Positions 41,001 through 53,200 of a DNA stretch of 64,000 nucleotides are shown here, in pieces; position 1 is the stretch's first letter, and every line of letters starts with the position of its first letter. Source of the DNA: Laetmonice hystrix. Its lineage: Eukaryota. The stretch is from NCBI GenBank assembly GCA_965235115.1, contig OZ249436.1:39806001-39870000 (forward strand). The letters are read 5' to 3'. A program made the translations under genes and the position numbers. Under the pieces are notes generated by a model that saw nothing but the letters and a program-made list of their open reading frames with translations, had not been told where the DNA came from and made no database searches.

Positions 41001-43543
41001 AGCCAGAATATGCTAATGCTTCTTTCACCTTTAGCTTATAGGTGTCAATCAAGCGACTGGCATACCGGTCTGCTTCTGCCGTCTCATTGGCAAAACTTCT
41101 CACTGTCCTCATGGACGAGCAAGCCTCTTCAGCTACTTCATTTGCTTTCGCTAAAGTATCCTGGACTTTCTTCGACAATTCCTGTGTGAATTAGTGAGAC
41201 AGAAATATTTATTATGAATTCTCAAACTAAAATGGTATTCATTATATATATGGGATAGCAGGGGCTGTTGAGCTTTGATAACAAGATAAATAGATCTACG
41301 GCTACCATTTGGAAAGACCCTGGACACCTTACTGCATCAACTATAGTCTTTCTATGAGATATACCTTATAGTATTTGCCGTATAATTCAGAGACCACCAT
41401 GATGATTGGCATGCCCATGACTGTCACCATACTGAGCTGCCAAGACAACTGAAACATGAACACTGCTGTTCCCACTGAAAGGAAATGAAAGTACCGGTAC
41501 ATGAATTTTTAATCACAAATCACAAACCAATCGTCTGCTTCTCTTTGTAACTTCAAGCATCATGTTTTTTTCCTCATCAAGGGAAAAGCTGAACTTTTTT
41601 AGTACATGTTTGTGCTCAAGATTACATCTGCTGTACCTATGCATCCATCGTACAGCGTGGAGCAACTTTAGATTTAACTATTAGCAAATAAACTTTGCTG
41701 AATTAAATATAAATGCTAAATCCTCTTATGATAAAGATGGAATCTGACCTGCTTGGAGCAGGCTCCTGAGAAATATGTTAACATTGAGACTTAATCCTTG
41801 AGACATTGTAGTGGTATCCGAGGTGAGGCGAGATGTGATCTCCCCGGTGCGCGTTTCATCATAGAAGGCAACTTCATGCTTCATTAAAGCTGAGAAAAAA
41901 TGATTGCAGACTCGCATTTGCAGCCTTGCTATGGCAACCTTAAAACATCCACCTCTGATTCCAGCTGCAAATGAACTGAAAACAAAATTCTGCCATTATA
42001 AGATTTACAAGAGTAGCTCAAAGTCTTAAATATAGTAGTCTTCTTCTGCCTGTTTCAGGAGTAAAACAATTTTCTGGTATTATTTAGAAATTTTATTGGA
42101 AATTACCTTTACCCTGACAATCTTAACAAATGCACTAGTTACCCATTATCTTCCTAGTACAATGTACAGATTTCCACTTTGTTTTTATAACATCAGAATA
42201 TCATAACATGAAATATTTTCTAAATACCAACAAATATACTTTTATGAAATCGGTAATTTACGGTTTGTTGAATTTGGATAACTTGGCTAGTACTTAGAGC
42301 ATTACCGGTAATTATTGTGCACAATTTCAAAGGACATGCTTACATCCCAGTTAGGTGGAAGGTGCTGTGTGAATGAACTTACCTGCCAATTGAAAGTGCA
42401 CTCATGATAATAATTGCCCTCACAAATAGACTCTTTGACCTCTTGATTGCAATACCATCAATAACAGAACCTGTGTAGAAGGGCAGAAAAACTTCAGCTG
42501 AAAACAGAAGAGAGATATTTAAAATGGCTGGGTCTTAATTCGCTTTAACAAATTAAAATTTAGGCTTTCTTTTAATTTATCGGACCTATCTTAAAGCACC
42601 AACTCAGATTCTAGAAAAATAATGAAAAAAAAAGGAAAAAAATTTCACTTCAGACTTTCCAATGATGTACATGTACTCCTAAGCCTCGGTTTATTCTTTA
42701 AAAACATATTCTCTATTAAAAATTATATTGTGCCAGTGTGTTGAATGGCATCAGATCCCTGATATCAAGAAAAGGTTAGCCATAAACAACTCTCAGTAAT
42801 AGCAGTACTTAAAGTAATCTACAACAGACAGTGATGCTGATGTTGTAATTGGAATACTTACAGACAGATGAGGCACTTAGAAATATGAAGGCAGTAAGGA
42901 CAATGTACCAGTCGGGTTTCGAGTATTTTAACAGCCGCCATGCAGTTTTCAGGCTTCCTTTGCTTTTCTCCTCCCCTTCTTTTTTACTTCCATCTTCATT
43001 GCTGCTCTTGTCGCCTTTTACATTGTGCTGCCTTTTGTGTAGAAGCGGTTGCCGCTCTTCATCAGAAGTATTTACAGTTAAATCACAGCTTTCGGCATTA
43101 CTGATTTCTAAGTTTGCTAACGTACTCCAAGTAATGTATGTCAATAGGACCGACAGCTGTGTCCAGGCAAAGAGGGTCCAGAACCAAGGTTTGTTCAGGT
43201 CTGGTACTGCCTCAGAGTACAATAACAGTTTGGTCAGTGTGTACGTCCACATTAGTATGAGCACTGTTGTTACTATCGGACTGCTTGCATTGATTCGCTC
43301 CACTGCCACCTTTGCCTGGCATACGAAACCTATAATTCCTCCCATTAAAATTGCCGTCCTACAGAGCCCAAACACCCAGAGCTCAAACATTGATGTTGAG
43401 AAGTCATACTGATAGACATCAACAAGGAATTGTTCTTTGATTTGGTTTCCATGTCCAAAGGTTACGGTTGTTAGAGAAATGTCAACAAGGCCAAGTGCTG
43501 CAGCACATAAGGTTGCACATTTATGACTCTTCCATGATGACAT
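38087..43543 (-). CDS. ABCB9: ABC half-transporter, ABCB9/TAP-like (lysosomal peptide transporter), ~828 aa, 12 coding exons
   Basis: Exons 43543-42862, 42497-42383, 41975-41749, 41474-41365, 41181-40984, 40811-40683, 40472-40284, 40027-39854, 39305-39116, 38912-38806, 38625-38515, 38341-38087 splice in frame (2487 nt). Hydrophobic N-terminal TMD0; EVFLPFYTG...[27 protein letters not shown]; Walker [11 protein letters not shown]-loop VGQEPVL; signature LSGGQKQR; Walker [13 protein letters not shown]-loop IVAHRLST. Probable non-coding first exon ends at donor CAG|GTATGA at 44093. Confidence 0.93.
39442..39803. mobile_element. Non-autonomous DNA transposon (CAGGG termini) in an ABCB9 intron
   Basis: TIRs CAGGGTTCCCAGCC / GGCTGAGAACCCTG with repeated subterminal TTCCCTGA motifs. 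Confidence 0.8.
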
Positions 43544-44794
43544 TTTCTGGATTTTGACTGCAAATATAGAAAACAAGTGACGAGATAAATGACAAATTCT
43601 TCTCCCTGCACACTCTCTGCAAATAAATGTTCATTGAGAAAACAGTCAAATTAGTGTAGCCTAACTGCAAAATATCAACATCATTTTGCAGGGATGTGCC
43701 CAGAAAAAATTGAGTGCTGGGTGGTACTTTTGCACTAGCAGCGAAGGCGCAAGGTTTTCAGTCGGCAAGGGGTGCGGGTGGGGGGCTATTTTTTCTCAGA
43801 AGATGATGGGCCTAATGAAAATTCCTGTGAGGCGGCACTTGAACCTTTTAATTTTAGTTTAGTGCCGGGCTGCTAAACCGGGCGGGCTTCGGGCTATAAA
43901 TGGAATTTATAGCAATGCAATGAAATTGATTTTTCTCACTCATAAAAAAAAAAAAAAAAACCACTCAAGTCCACCGCCTCCAAACTGTCAGCTGGTCCAC
44001 TGTCGGCCAAGGTTGAGCGATAATTGGTACCTACTCAGCCTCAGGCTAGGCCTAGACTGACGGTCACTTCAGTTCCCAGTTGTCAATCATACCTGACTGT
44101 GCTGGAAGAGTAGTGGATCACTTCCCAGGGAAGATTTTATCACTGATATCAAGATCCAGTTACGCCTTACGGATGTTTTAATACACCATTGGCCTAAAAA
44201 TAGATTCCAAACCGACCAAAGACCCCACCAAATGTTGTGCAATGGTGAGTCTGTTGGAAAACTCCAGGGGGCGCTGTGAAATAAGCGCGCAGCGCCATCT
44301 GCTTGTGATCGTATATAAAAACACTTGCTCGCACTCACTCGGATTAACTGGCGCCACCTGGTGAGTATGGCTTGCACTGGGACAGGTTTTACCTCAGAGT
44401 AGGCCAATAAGAAAAACGCCAAATTTCATCTATGCAGTAAAAATAGGATGTCTTCTGTTTGGAATATCCACGCTTTAGACAAGTATATTTGAGGCATTCT
44501 ATAGTTAAATGCAAAACATAACAAATTTGGGCCCTAGGCTACACCTTTACAATGAGTGAGATTTCTTATTAAACAGGCAAAAGACAAAGAAAGGAAGAAA
44601 GTCTACTGCTTGGGACCGCTTCCTAAATTATTAGATTATAATAAGAAAGAAAGAAAGAAAGAAAGAAAGAAAAAGAAAGAGAGAAAGAACGTTCGATTAA
44701 TTCAACAACACAGGGGGATATACAACCTTATCTTTTATTCATGATTTCTACTGCTTGGGACCACTCCCTAGATTATTAGATTATCATCAGCCTG

Positions 44795-44914
44795 GGGTTC
44801 GTTTCACAACAATTGTTATCAAATATCTGCGGTGCATTTATAAATATCCCCCTTGAAAATAGATCTATATTGGCGTGAACGGCACAAGATAACGATGGAT
44901 TGTGAAATGCACCC
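44795..44914. mobile_element. Short Harbinger-like MITE with CTG target duplication
   Basis: CTG|GGGTTCGTTTCACAA ... TTGTGAAATGCACCC|CTG. Confidence 0.7.
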
Positions 44915-46749
44915 CTGAAGCGACACTTTTGTAGTGAAATTTACAATGCAATATTTAATTACTTACATACCCGGTACTGCGTATAGATCTACGTGGCCAC
45001 GGTCCATAGAAATTCTACACAGTTTATACTTTCTTTTTAAAATAATGCACATCTTAGTAGGCCGCTATCAAACATTCCTTTCAAGTTTTACACCAATACA
45101 TAAATAGCAGGCCGACTTAGAACACTTTACAAGATTCCCCTCTAGGTGGACAAGTGCCATAACCTTGCATAGTTTAGCGAGTGGGTGCTTATTGGTTCGT
45201 TTTGTCCAACTCTTGCTTATCTCCCACGCATTCAAATTCAAAAGTCATGTGTTCTTGTATGTATGGACTGTGGTGCAAGGGTATAGGCCTAGGGTTACTT
45301 TAGGACAGCTATACCATCAGTACCTTTACCATAAATGTCAGGACACGGCGGGGGACTTAGAGTAAAATAATTATGTAAACAAATGTCAAAGGCATGGATG
45401 TACATGTAATTCAAAAAGGATTTATGAAAAAAACAGACCCCCCCCCAAAAAAAAAAACACTTTTACCACTTTGGTTATGCAACCGTGGCTCAAAACCACA
45501 TGAACTATAATCTGTTTGAAAACGGTAAGCATGTGTATTCCAACAATGGTGTGTATCATGTCCATGATGATTTTTCTATGAAACACTGGGAACATGTGCT
45601 CTTCCTCGATGGAGGATTTATCTAGAGCTTTCATAACACAACAGTCCTTGGAATGTGACGTGTCATTCTACAAATGACTCATGTTTTCCATTTGGCCAAA
45701 AAAAGAAAATTCCCGGTTTCTGGTATGCGTGCGGACCACTTCAGAAGCTTCGGGGTTTTTTTGCCCTCAGCTGGCATGAATGTGTCATTTGTGCAGCCAC
45801 CTAGCGGTAAGGCTTTAAACTAACCATTGTTTTAATGAATACATTGTGTATTTCATTAAAACTGCAACGGGAGTCTGTTGTATTCAAAGCGAGGACAACC
45901 AAGGTTGTGATCCTTGTTTACGGGTTCATTTTACACGACAATTCTTATGAAGCTTACCATTTTAGCCAGCTGGCACAAAATCACTGCACCACTTTTGAAA
46001 TGTTCTTCATACCAAAAACCGGAATTTTTCCCCCAATAACAATTGAACAGATGAGAGACAATGCAGTATGTACATAACAACGATCGTAACTTCCATACCA
46101 TTCTATCAATTGTATACCAGGCCTAAGAAGGCATTAAATAATATCAACCAATGCTACCAACAGTCTACCAAGCTTACCAAGGTATTCAATAATAGATTTG
46201 GTCAATACAAATTCCCTAATTTCCCAAATCATTGTGAAAATATTGATTGTGTCAAAATCTTTGTTTCATATAAGTTGGTGAGTTACAGGCTTTTTGTAAG
46301 CTGTTTAGCCACATAAATTCCCTCAGCTCAAGGTATGTGAAAAAAAAACCCATACACTCAGAAACAATAAATCATGAATCTGGCTACCAGATACCACCAG
46401 TTTTATAACAGTCTGAAGGAAATGATTAACCCTTATTATGTAAAGGCCAATAATTAATGTTCTATATAATATTACATATTTAATCTGACATAATTTGAAA
46501 TTACAGTTATTACAATAACCAAATTGTAGATTTTTTTTTGTTCCAAAAATGTGCTTTTACATTTAGTTGCCTTTCAAATTACATAATCCAATTACAAAAT
46601 TCAGTGCAAACTACTAGCACTTATCTGTTAACTTATAGAAATGTATAACATTTCCTCACATTCAACAGACACACATTATCTTACTGCTGCAAAAATCACA
46701 ATTTATCTTTCTCCCCACAATGAACATGACTGGAAATGATGAGCCATTC

Positions 46750-49700
46750 CTACAACTCACTCTTCTTGTCTTGTAAGGGTCCATAAACTTCCAGCTTGGC
46801 CAACTGAGAATTAAACTTGCCATCCACTTGTGTCACTGAAATAGGATCAGACTTTAGATAACTCAATACCCTAACAAGCTGCTGTGGAGATGAGAAGTGT
46901 AAGTTCTGACAAAGGTATAACTGACAAAGTATCTATAATTGCAATCATTATTAATTTCTTTATACTAACATGAACATTTAAAATGCCATCAGTTGTGAAG
47001 AAACAAATGCATACGGTAGTTAGTATTCTCACCACTATTTGACTTCTTGTCAAGTTTTATTTCATCTGGTCTCAGAACTGTACCACTGTCTGCCTGTAAA
47101 AAGAAACAAATTTTGTTTCAGGAAGATTCACTACTTAAATTTAAAAACAAAATCCTCAAATATAGTAGTAAACTGTTTAGTTATCGTTCATTTTCTTGAA
47201 AATCCTTTTTAGCTCCTTATACATGTATGCACAAGCTATACCTTTGTAGCAAGGAATTCTCAATAAGACATATACATTTCAAAGCTGAAGTAACCATGAA
47301 AGCTACTTACATATGCTGAAACATCTTGAATATGGGCTCCTTCCATCTCCATCTTGAAAGTTTGGAAGAACAGGTAGGATTTGCCACTGGGCCGTTCCAC
47401 TGTACAACCTGCAAATTGGTTGTCTGGGGTTCGAGTGATCACCATATCCCATTTCTGAGGAATATAAAACAATCAGGTTGACTTTTAATGAGTATTTCAA
47501 CACGCTGTGATAAAGAAAGCAGTTATCTATTGACTTGATTTCAAACTTGAGACTACTAAATGTAAGGCTGCAGAGCTATTTCATATTGCAAGAAAATAAA
47601 ACATTGACATTGATGCACTTGTATCTGACATAGTCATTGCCTATGTAGGCCTAATGGTCCCCATCTCTGAACAGGGCCTATCACGGATCCCTTCACCGAA
47701 ATGGTAAAAGGACTATTAGGGCTGGCAAATACCCAAACCCTTCTTCAAAATTTATGTTAGATTAAATAACAATGTGGCAACATACAAAATTCCACTTGTA
47801 ATTTCTATTATGTCTGATTTGGGTTGTCTATGCAACTAGATGTGTGAATATTTCCGAGTTTCCCCACCTCAACCGTGCCAACATTGCTTGTCATTCCAGC
47901 TTACAATTCAAAGTTTAAATGAGTTTGCAAATCTCTATTATAAGTAATCAGAGCAGTTGGTAATGGTAAATTCTATTTGCTGTTGTCGTCAGAATCAAAG
48001 AAGTAGGAGGATTTTTCATGGATTGAGAGCTGAAAGTAAAAGAGTGCCACTGCTTCTTCACTAATTTCTCTTCTAGTTGATGGCTGTCCTGGAGTAGCGA
48101 AGCATAGACAGAACAGCTGCGCTGTCTATATCAAAATCTAACACAGCTCTCTCAGATGAATTAAGTTTCTGGTTCCTTTTGAAATTGCCTGCATCTGGGA
48201 AATTATAAAGCTTTGGGAAGCAAACCTTCAATCTGAGGAATAACACTTAGATAAAAAAAAATAAACAAAAATTTAACCAGTGTGATAAAAATTGTAATGT
48301 TGTTCATTGTAAATGTAATGCTATATCATTACACATGTGAATTCATATAAAATAAGAATTTTGCCACAGGTTAAATTTCCTTACACCATAGCCTTAAAGT
48401 CCAACTGACATCAAAATTTACATAAAATTTAGTGCCAGATCCTGATAATACATGTAATTTGTTGTTGTTTAACTTAAAGGAGCGGTTATTGTACAAGAAT
48501 ATGAACTGTGTGTAAGCCGTTTTAAAGACCAATTCCCCTGCTGACGTCATCAGGGGCAATGGTAAAAAATAGGCAGGAGTCAGACTGTGATGAGGCGCGA
48601 GATTCGAATTTTCAATATTTTTCTAAATTGAGAGGACTTCTCAGAAAACCTATCAGGGATACGGGTACAACTCAAAGTGATCTATCTAGATCAGTAAAGT
48701 TACCTATGTGATGTCAGTTGCACTTTAATGAAAATGTCCGATCCTTTCTCTTTAATGGTCTTGTTATCATTGATGTAAAGACTCATAAGAAACCTTTTTT
48801 TTAATTACAGTGTATAGGCTAACCTCTTGGCTATATGGCTGTACAACTTGGGATATCTATCATATTTTGATAAAGGCTTTGACAAAGTCATGGGTTTACC
48901 TCATTGGTTCCTCCTTGACAAGAAAAGGTGAATTTACATTTGATGTCCCCCTGAAACAATGTAGAATTGACATTTAATAATGCAGCCATAACATGTTAAT
49001 CAATCATGAAAGTACCAGAGACTATTTACAGACTTAGGCCTTCCTCTACACTGCAGCATAACAACATTGAAAGCTCCGTCAACAACAATACACCATGCCC
49101 CCGTTATGATATCCCTCATCATTCTCATGCAGTGCCTCATGTAGTTTTATGAAGGGATGATTTTGCTTAGGCATGGTGATAAAAAATCCCCCCCCCCGGC
49201 AACGCCTACAGGCCTGCCTTCATACTGTGGTACAGGGAATAAGCCTGTCGCTTCCAGTATGGCCTGCCTTATGCCAAGTTAGGCAGCATGGGCCATGCCC
49301 ATGGTAATGCCAATGGATGGTCTTGTTTGGAGGACTTGGAAGTTGGAGTTAGACACTGGACTGGATCAAGAATCTCACTAAAATTGGGAGGTGGTTTGAA
49401 GGTTTGCCCAGTGGCAGTGCAAGCTAGTACTGATCAAACTTGATTCAAAGTAGTAGAATTACTATAACCTGTAAGTTTTAACTACAGGGGCGGATCTCGG
49501 GGTCTATTTTGAGGGGGGAGGGGGGGAGACCGAGCATGGTAAGGGCACAGGGTTCTAGCTAGAAGATGGGGGAGGGGGGATAGCCTGCACCCCAAAAAAT
49601 TTTCATGCTTAGGAAATAGGAGTTATAGCCAATATAGGATGCAAAATGGTGCATTCGAGAAGTTTGATTTTTGTTTTTGAGGGGGGGGGGGGGGTGTGCC

Positions 49701-50160
49701 CCCCTTGCCTTAGATCCGCCACTGTGACTTTTGCTACTTGACTGAGTGTCGTCCCAGTTGCCAGCATTGCGAGGCCAGCTACCAGTTTCCGAAGGCAGTG
49801 CGACTGAGCTCAGTGAGCGAGTCGCCCCTACCCTACCACCATGTCTATAGTCCCTACCGCCTAGAGTACAGCCTACCGGCGGCGGCGGTAAGCGGGTAAC
49901 TGTTACTGTTAGTGTTACTGTGTTAGGCCTACATGTATTTACAAACACGGCAAGCATTGCATTTGCAGCTGTTGACTTTCACTCACTAAGCTTTCTTCGT
50001 AGGTATGGATAACACCACCGGGTTTGACGTCGATCTCGATACGTCGTTTCCCGGACTCTGCATCACCTGCTCTCGTTGCTGCTGTCAGCGTCGATAACAA
50101 GAACAAGTAGAAAATCCATCCTCCAAATACATGTACAACGTGGACCACCCTCGGCGCCAT
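46750..50160 (-). CDS. MYDGF: Myeloid-derived growth factor homolog (C19orf10/UPF0556), ~171 aa, 5 exons
   Basis: Exons 50160-49987, 48950-48900, 47454-47311, 47093-47033, 46835-46750 (516 nt). Signal peptide, then DVKPGGVIH...CKFTFSCQGGTNEKW...CTVERPSGKSYLFFQTFK, matching vertebrate DVRPGGVVH...CMFTYASQGGTNEQW...CTIWRPQGKSYLYFTQFK. Ends in the KDEL-like sequence KSEL. Confidence 0.95.
48398..48724. mobile_element. TTAA-flanked MITE (Kolobok-like) in MYDGF intron 2
   Basis: TTAA|AGTCCAACTGACATCA ... TGATGTCAGTTGCACT|TTAA. Confidence 0.8.
49485..49724. mobile_element. MITE with CAGGGGCGGATC termini in MYDGF intron 1
   Basis: CAGGGGCGGATCT ... AGATCCGCCACTG with internal poly-G tracts; same terminal type as the element at 28451. 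No clear target duplication. Confidence 0.7.
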
Positions 50161-50249
50161 CTTGTGCTGCCACCAACTTCAACCAATCGAGTAACTGGAG
50201 CACGGTTCAAAGGTGAGAGGTCAAAGGTCAGGGTCGTCTGAATCCAAAC
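50161..50249. promoter_or_regulatory. Compact bidirectional promoter between MYDGF and HSD17B4, with a CCAAT box and tandem DR1 nuclear-receptor elements
   Basis: Divergent ATGs at 50160 (-) and 50250 (+). CCAAT at 50183-87. GGTTCA-a-AGGTGA-g-AGGTCA-a-AGGTCA at 50204-50230. Confidence 0.8.
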
Positions 50250-53200
50250 ATGGCGAACGAGTTGAAGTTTGATGGCAAAGTGGCCCTCGTCACCGGGGCC
50301 GGTGGAGGTTGGTACATACTCAATTCTAGAATTGATGGTTGCTACAGGCAAAGATTAATATGTTAGGATAATTGTTGATAATACATTTGCAATGTGTTAC
50401 ACACATGACTAGTCAGAATGATGCTCGAAATGTAGGCCTAATGACCGTGGACGAAACAGCCAAGGCCGGAAGGCCTTCGAGTAGGCTACGGCTGGGACTG
50501 GCGCCTCGGCCCGGGGGCGTGGTTGCAAAGTCCGCAGTGCAAGTGGGTAGATGTTTTCGGCCTTTAGAACAATCGTCCGTACGATGGCGACAACCTAAGG
50601 ACATGTCTCGATCTTTGACCTTGTGAAGGCCATGATACAGCTGGAAAGATGACTATCACGAAGTCTAGCACTCTAGTCTAGGGCTGCTCTATACAACTTA
50701 CAAGACAGTCAATTAAAATGACAAACAATTCATTGTACATTGAATGATGATTGATGGCAACTGAATTATTAATAATATTGTCAGTATTGTCAGTATAATA
50801 TTGCAGTATGGTTGACTTTTCATTTCAAGATGATCTATGAATTTCTTTGAATTATTTTAATGAATTAATAAAGTCATAATGTTGTGGATTTCTCTACATT
50901 ACAGGCTTGGGGAAGGCCTATGCATTGATGTTTGCAGAAAGAGGGGCCAAAGTTGTTGGTAAGTTTTAATTGTTACAGGCTTCGGAGTCTTGTGAAACTT
51001 ATTGAGTGCACACTTTCCGTCGATTAATATGTCAATAAAAACCTTTTTCCTGTCACAGTGAATGATCTTGGTGGGGATACAAAAGGAACAGGAAGCAGTG
51101 CACGTGCAGCTGATCTGGTGGTTGAAGAAATACGTGCCAAAGGTGGCACTGCAGTATCGAACTATGGTATAAAAATTTACATGGCTCTAAGATTTTAATG
51201 TATAACTTTTTGTCACAAATTTATACATGTATACTTAGGTTCTTTGGCCAGGGGAATCTTTTCTGTAAAACATTAAGTCTCCTTATACATGTACTTAATG
51301 ACATTTTCTTTTTTTATTATGGTTGCAGATTCTGTTGAAGATGGAGAAAAGTTGGTGAAAACAGCTTTGGACAACTTTGGTCGCATTGGTAAGGAGCTAT
51401 AACATAATCAGTTTGAGATGGATTCTTATTTTAAAATGACATATTGGGTACTTTGTCAGATTGGTACAGATAATTAACAAATCCACATTTTTTTGTCAGA
51501 TCTTGCATCAGAACTGCATCTTCTCTTCTAGATATTGTGGTGAACAATGCAGGCATTTTGCGGGATCGTTCTTTTGCAAGGACAAGTGACCTGGACTGGG
51601 GTGAGTATTGATTAGGATTCTGTTAGGATGCTGGGGCCGGTTTTACTAAAGGTCGATAATGTCGACGTCGATAATTTAACATAGAAGTGACTGGTTGCTA
51701 GGTCATTGTTTTTGACCTAGCAACCGATTCACTTGTATGTTAAGTTATCGACGTCGTTATCATTGACTCTAGTAAAACAGGCCCCTGGATGGATAAGAAG
51801 GCGTGATCTTATCAACATGTATGGTGGTTAGATGTCACTCAAAAATGGAATTATGACAATTTTGGTGCATAATTAAAGAGTGGCATTCTTTTTTAAAATC
51901 CAAAACACATAGAATCAACAGTTTAGGTTGGTAGGACCTACATTTGATTTATGTAATGGTGTTAAAAGTATACATTGTTTTGGTATGAAAATAGGCAAAA
52001 AGGTAGCAAATCTGATGAGTCTGAGTTGTTTAATGGCATAGCTCATGAATTTTTAAACTTTGGCCCCACAGATCTTATTCATAGGGTCCACCTACGTGGT
52101 TCCTTCATGGTTACTCGAGCGGCATGGCCTCACATGAAGGACCAGAAATATGGCAGGTGAGAATGTAACTCGGAATCATTATAACACCTGCTCCCAAGTG
52201 AACTCCCATTTACAATACCACTGTCACTGCAGAGTATGTGAAAGTGCCAAAATTTCTGCAGGACCTGCGGTCCTGCAGAAGTAACAAGTCTGGGGGACCT
52301 ACCAGAGTTCTGTCTGACCTACTGAAATACGTCACTTTTCAAAAATTACACAAAAACGCATGCTCATGAATATAACACGTCTTTATTATGCTGGTGTCAT
52401 TACCATTTGCAATAGAATAAATGTATAAATAAATATAAAATGTATATCTGGCTCTGGTTGGCTAAAGGACAGTGTAGTGGAGTCTATTGCCTGTAGTGGA
52501 GCAGCTTCTCCTCAATCGATGCCTACTTGGGACTTAGGTGGGTACATAACAGCCAAATGTGTGCGGGACGCGAAATTTTTTTTCCCACATTAGTTCTGGA
52601 CCCCCCCATTATCATACAGCCAATCAGAAACAGGCACACATATGGCTATGGAATACCGGCGACGACATGCGAGATGCGAGACAGTGTGTTTGGGTTAGGG
52701 TAAAGGTTAGGCCTAGGGTTAGTGTTAGTTTTCATAGCCCAAAATTATTGTTAAATAGGCACTAATTGATGAGCAGTGGATGTGTCAATAAGAAACATTC
52801 ACTGACACTGTTCGGTCCCATATCGCGAGCGATAGAGTCTGGCGTTCACTGATTGGCTGAAGCTAGAATGGGGTTCGGAACTAATGTGGGAAAAAAAATT
52901 TCGCGTGCGGGACAATCGGGCCTGCTAAATGGGAAGGTCTGTCGGACAGACGGGTTTTTAGCGGGTCTCGGGCCGTCGGTCCCACGGTGTTCACATACTC
53001 TGTCACTGATGTTAGTGTTGAACTATGTGTTTTAGAGAAAAAATATCTTTTGATTAAGGGTCATCATGACTTCTTCAACAGCTGGTATCTATGGAAACTT
53101 TGGCCAGACTAACTACAGTGCCGGTAAGTGATAAAAGAAAAATACTTGAATTACATGAAAAATGGTACAAATCATGTAAATTGCATGCAGGTTTTGGTGA

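Noticed and set aside
47980..48235. Possible alternative (poison) exon in MYDGF intron 2
   Set aside because: An acceptor-like site exists at 48233-35 with an in-frame stop 10 codons later, but there is no convincing donor or other support.
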